A stretch of 64,000 nt of DNA from a bacterium. GTDB taxonomy: Bacteria > UBA8248. The notes beneath the pieces were generated by a model. The model saw nothing but the letters and a program-made list of their open reading frames with translations. It searched no databases and was not told where the DNA came from. Both the position numbers and the translations under genes were made by a program. Position 1 is the first letter of the stretch, and each line of letters opens with the position of its first letter. Location of the stretch: contig CBDATS010000005.1 of NCBI GenBank assembly GCA_965200245.1, positions 256,001 through 320,000 of the forward strand. The letters are read 5' to 3'. Below are positions 60,049 to 64,000 of the stretch, piece by piece.

Positions 60049-60854
60049 GAAGAGACAAAGAAAGAAATTTCTCCGACGAGAGCCGACCGACGTCATCCAG
60101 ACGCGGATTTATACAGATGCTCATCGGCGGCGCCTCCGCTTTCATGACTGGTTGTTCACGCCTCAATGAGGAACCCGGCGTGCAGGCTGTGTTGAGTTGG
60201 TTCGATCGGCTGAACCACAAGGTGGGCCTCATGACGGACAGCAACCACCGTCTGGCGCGTACGTATCCCAGAAGCGCCGTACAGCCCGAACAGATGCGAC
60301 CCAATGGTTCGGTGGTCAATCCGAACTCCCAAATCATTCAGACCCCGCCCGAGGAATGGCGGCTCGTCGTGGGCGAGGCCCAGCTAAAAAACGGCCAGAT
60401 GATGAAGCGCCACTGGGTACGGGAATACACGCTACAGGAACTTCGCCGAATGCCTGTACTCGACCAGACTGTGGAGCACATTTGCGTGGAGGGCTGGAGC
60501 GCGATTTGTCACTGGCGAGGAGTGCATCTCGCGCGCTTCATCGAAATGCATGATATCCGACCCGAGAGCCGCTACATATTCTTCCTGTGCGACGACATGC
60601 TCGCCACCGCGAACGGGCACGAGCGCTACAGCGTGACGTTCGATCTCAAACAAGCGATGCACCCGCAGAATGTTCTCGCCTATGAATACAACGGCAAGAC
60701 CCTGCCCCCGGAGCACGGCGCGCCGCTGCGCCTCGCCTCACCCACGAACGTGGGCTGGAAGAGCGCAAAATTCCTGCGCTACGTCTTCTTCACGAACGAA
60801 GATATTGGCGGCTTCTGGGAGAAACAGGGCTACCCGCGCTACTACGGTTTCTGA
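60045..60854 (+). CDS. Tat-exported molybdopterin oxidoreductase (sulfite oxidase/MsrP-like), likely lipoprotein
   Basis: SRRGFI twin-arginine motif, FMTG-C, HICVEGWS, HGAPLRL, GWKSAKF, GGFWE. Confidence 0.9.
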   Translation: MRRDKERNFSDESRPTSSRRGFIQMLIGGASAFMTGCSRLNEEPGVQAVLSWFDRLNHKVGLMTDSNHRLARTYPRSAVQPEQMRPNGSVVNPNSQIIQTPPEEWRLVVGEAQLKNGQMMKRHWVREYTLQELRRMPVLDQTVEHICVEGWSAICHWRGVHLARFIEMHDIRPESRYIFFLCDDMLATANGHERYSVTFDLKQAMHPQNVLAYEYNGKTLPPEHGAPLRLASPTNVGWKSAKFLRYVFFTNEDIGGFWEKQGYPRYYGF

Positions 60855-61492
60855 CGTCCCCCGGAGCCTTGAGACGCCTGCTCGCTCACGTTTCCGGAAA
60901 CGATCTTTAGCGGATTTTCGATCCCTTGGCATCGGTCCATGATCGCTTGCCTGTTCAGGCTGGTCTTGACATCGCCTTTCCCGAGACAGCTGCGTGGCTG
61001 GAAGAGTACAGTTCGGCTTGCGGAACCCGGCCACCCCTGCTCCACGCCCTGAGCACCCCTCAGACCTGACGATTCAATGAAGATTGTGGTTTCGCCGCTC
61101 ATCACTCCGCTCTCGCTGGAACCAGAATTCCGCAAAACCCAACGATTCATCTGGAAATCGGTGGAGTCGACCACGTCTCCTGCGGGGATATCATGGCGGA
61201 ACACGTCCACAATGGGAGTTGCAGCGAATGATGTTCCCCGTGCCGTACCAACGCCGCGGCCGTGCCATTCCAGCCTGCGGCTCGCATTGGTAACGTCGCT
61301 CTACGCCAAGACACTAACTCGTCGAGTGTCTTCGCAACGAGACAACTGTTGGCGGCCCGGGTGGCGTGGGTTTGTCCGGCATCCGCCCCTGTGGTCTGAC
61401 AGAAGCAATTCTTCAAGCGCTGGCCCAAGAAGATTCGCAGAGAAACGCAGAGGATATCCTCGCCGGTATAATTCACGAAGCATCCGACAGTC

Positions 61493-61522
61493 TTGACAAC
61501 CCCAAGCCCGCTTCCCTATAAA
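61493..61522 (+). promoter_or_regulatory. Sigma70-type promoter for tRNA-Asn
   Basis: TTGACA-18 nt-TATAAA about 50 nt upstream of the tRNA. Confidence 0.55.
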
Positions 61523-61570
61523 CCCCTAATGTTTGGGAACTGGCGCCGATTCATGCAAAATGCTTCCCAC

Positions 61571-61645
61571 TCCGGCGTAGCTCAACGGCAGAGCAATCGG
61601 CTGTTAACCGATGGGTTGTAGGTTCGAATCCTACCGCCGGAGCCA
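61571..61645 (+). tRNA. tRNA-Asn (GTT)
   Basis: TCCGGCG/CGCCGGA acceptor stem, ATCGG-CTGTTAA-CCGAT anticodon arm, GTTCGAAT T-loop, CCA. Confidence 0.96.
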
Positions 61646-62049
61646 ATTTCTGTGGGTTGTTCCACCCCCACGCCTCACCTGTCCTTGAGGCGAAACCAGA
61701 GCTCGGCTCTTTCACGAGGACATTCACGCTCCAGTCACGCAGAACTGCCATGCGGGCGAGTTGTTCATGAGGTTTCACTCCCGGCTGCATGTTGAACGAG
61801 TCGCTAAAGGGTTTGTACAGATCGATTCCTTCCACTTTGCACCTGTACAGATGACCATTCGCCGGACCCTGAAATACTTTTTCAGTTCTTTTGCGTTGCG
61901 GCTTTGCATGGAATCAGATCCCGCACGCGGAGCATCTTCCGTGCAAGGTTTTGCTTTCTTCGCCGTATTCAACAGGCCCGCAATGATTCTTGTACGTTAA
62001 TGCGGCTCTGATCAAATTTGTTGGTCCTCTTTCGCCCCAGCCGATCCCT

Positions 62050-63150
62050 TCAAGCGCCGTTCCTGGCTTTTTCGAGTGTGGAGACATTCATTGGGTGCGC
62101 ATTGCGACGGCGCTTGTCGACGCGGATATGCAGGCGCGCAGCATCAGCGAGACTCAGACCCGCTTCCCGTAATTCGCTCCGGCTGAAACCCTTGCCAGGG
62201 CGCCATGCACCACGGGTATCCCTTACGAGAGGGAAAAATACATTCTCCGCCAGAGAGGATTCCGGGAGCTCCTCCGGCAACTCTGGCAAAACCGACGCCG
62301 GCAAGGGTTTCTCAACCTCCTCTGTGATATCTTCCGCTTTCTCCGGCTCGCCCTCCCAAGAAATTTCAGGCTCAGATGCAGCAGTCTCTACGCCACTTTC
62401 GGCAATCGCCGAGGCAACTTCCCCGTCTTCGGTCGGCTGTTCGTCCTCCTCCGGCAAATTGTCCGCAACTGACGCCATTGCTGCCTGTTCACTCACGGAA
62501 ACCGTGTCATCGCCTGTTTCCGGATCACCTGCTTCCGGGATTTCCTGTCCGTGTGCGGATACCTCCGCGGTGCTTTCTGACTTGTATGGAACGCTCTCGT
62601 TTACCGGGACCGATTCCGACACCGCCAGAGATTCCTCGATCTGCTGTACAATTTCATCTATGACATCCGGTTCACTCTCTTGAGGAGTTTGCGGGTCGGG
62701 CGCAGCCGCCTCCTCGACGCTTTCAACTGTATCCATGGCAGATTCCGGACATTTTTGTGACGGATCCAGCATTTCCGACGACTCGTTTGATTCCGTCTCC
62801 ACCAACAACTCCAGATCAAGACCATATTCCTCGAAAGGCGCTGCCTCACGAGGAGGCTCGGGCGTAGCACGTGAGCCGTCCATAACTGACGCAGCCAACG
62901 GTTCAAGGGCGGGAGAATCGCCGCTTTCAACGGCGTCCGACCCGTTTGCGGAATCAGTTTGTGGTGGTTCACCGGAAGCGAGCAGTTCCAGATCCAAGTG
63001 AGAACCATAACTTTTGTTCTTCGTATCTTCCGTCGAATGCGGAACGCCCGGTTCGATGTCCGTGGGAGGTGGAATCTGAAATCCCTCTTCTGGCTCGGTT
63101 GGTGCGGGATCCTTGCGACGCGCGATACGACTCAAAAATTTTTTTCTCAT
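62050..63150 (-). CDS. Acidic disordered protein with C-terminal ribosomal protein L13e (eL13)-like domain
   Basis: About 300 aa E/P/S/A-rich, then PLVR..RPGKGFSRSELREAGLS..AARLHIRVDKRRRNAHPMNVSTL. Confidence 0.78.
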   Translation of the reverse strand: MRKKFLSRIARRKDPAPTEPEEGFQIPPPTDIEPGVPHSTEDTKNKSYGSHLDLELLASGEPPQTDSANGSDAVESGDSPALEPLAASVMDGSRATPEPPREAAPFEEYGLDLELLVETESNESSEMLDPSQKCPESAMDTVESVEEAAAPDPQTPQESEPDVIDEIVQQIEESLAVSESVPVNESVPYKSESTAEVSAHGQEIPEAGDPETGDDTVSVSEQAAMASVADNLPEEDEQPTEDGEVASAIAESGVETAASEPEISWEGEPEKAEDITEEVEKPLPASVLPELPEELPESSLAENVFFPLVRDTRGAWRPGKGFSRSELREAGLSLADAARLHIRVDKRRRNAHPMNVSTLEKARNGA

Positions 63151-63366
63151 GCCAATGCCGCCCTCTTTGAGGTCAAAAAATCGTGATATTGAAAGATTAT
63201 CGTTCAGATATTACAGGGGCGGTAAACAGGATTGAAAAACCTACAAACTCAAACTAGCGATTCCAAAGGCTTGGTGTCAAGTTCGCAAGAACACGTGCAA
63301 CAAGTGTATGTTCAAAGACCGGAAATTCGGAAAACCCGGTGAAGCCGGGTGGATATCACCAGTTTC

Positions 63367-64000
63367 TCACCCTGCTTCAACCGCCAACTCCTCGGCAGCC
63401 TGGATGATGAGTTCGATGTCCGCATCCCGCGAGAGCCTATGGCCACCATCCTTGACGAGCGTGAGGTGCACATCGTCGCCTTTCAATACACTGGTGATTT
63501 TCAAGGAAATCTCCCAAGAAATAGCTTCATCAAGCATCCCGTGGATGAGGCGCACCGGGCATGTCAAATCAATCTCACCGTCCAGGAGCAGGTGCTTCGC
63601 ACCCTCATCAAGCAGTTTCTTGCTGATAGGATACGGTTCCTCCCACATGTTGGGCGCGTGCATGACGTATCCCCGCTCGTCGAGTTCACTTTGCATCTGT
63701 TCGGTGAGCCTGTGGTTGATGAAGCGCTCCGTAAAATCGGGCGCCGACGCCACGCCCACCAGAGCTTTCACGCGCGCGGGCCGGGCCAAGGCAGCGAGCA
63801 GCATCATCCACCCGCCCATGCTCGAACCTATGAGTACCTGGGGACCCTGGGCGACATTGTCCAGAATCGCCAGCGCGTCTTCCGCCCACTCGCCGATAGT
63901 TCCGTCTTCAAAATTCCCGGAAGATTCCCCGTGTCCACCGTAATCGAATCGAACGTAGGCACGCCCCACCTTTCGGCAATGGGCCTCGAGCGCGCGCGCC
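63367..64000 (-). CDS. Alpha/beta hydrolase (ABHD10-like), 5'-partial
   Basis: RFDYGGHGES.G, GSSMGGW, APDFT, HG..D, GHRLS. Confidence 0.88.
   Translation of the reverse strand, partial: ARALEAHCRKVGRAYVRFDYGGHGESSGNFEDGTIGEWAEDALAILDNVAQGPQVLIGSSMGGWMMLLAALARPARVKALVGVASAPDFTERFINHRLTEQMQSELDERGYVMHAPNMWEEPYPISKKLLDEGAKHLLLDGEIDLTCPVRLIHGMLDEAISWEISLKITSVLKGDDVHLTLVKDGGHRLSRDADIELIIQAAEELAVEAG

Noticed and set aside
42520-61645. tRNA-anchored genomic island or prophage
   Set aside because: No integrase, transposase, phage gene or tRNA 3'-end duplication was seen, and core genes (priA, queC) lie inside.
1-64000. Genome-wide TGA reassignment (code 4 or 25) or TAG reassignment
   Set aside because: Many genes end at TGA or TAG at their expected C-termini and Trp is encoded by TGG. 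Internal TGAs were found only at established or likely Cys positions.

Overview
Bacterial chromosomal window of moderately high GC (estimated by eye), mostly housekeeping and catabolic genes: sdhB/fumarase-like operon, M16 peptidase pair, leuCD-like pair, siroheme/sulfite reductase cluster, ilvD, hopanoid-precursor genes, metX, priA, queC, tRNA-Val and tRNA-Asn. The F420-type PPOX protein, NHLP precursor and many orphan oxidoreductases are compatible with a Nitrospinota/Tectomicrobia-like lineage, but this is inference only. The main hidden signal is selenocysteine recoding that the ORF track misses. Five genes carry an in-frame TGA exactly where the family's catalytic Cys belongs, each followed by a SECIS-like hairpin at a similar distance. 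They are three DsbA/FrnE-like proteins, a TlpA/DipZ-like thioredoxin heading a cytochrome b + Tat molybdoenzyme operon, and a DUF442/PTP-fold protein with two TGAs. Other notable items are an archaeal/eukaryotic ribosomal eL13-like domain at the end of a long acidic protein, a Nudix-HpnC-HpnD triple fusion, a MetX-NIL fusion, and an orphan NHLP RiPP precursor with core GYLWPY. Three single-lesion genes (38-bp tandem duplication, homopolymer frameshift, amber codon in a cold-shock gene) are also present. No CRISPR array, rRNA or transposase was seen.
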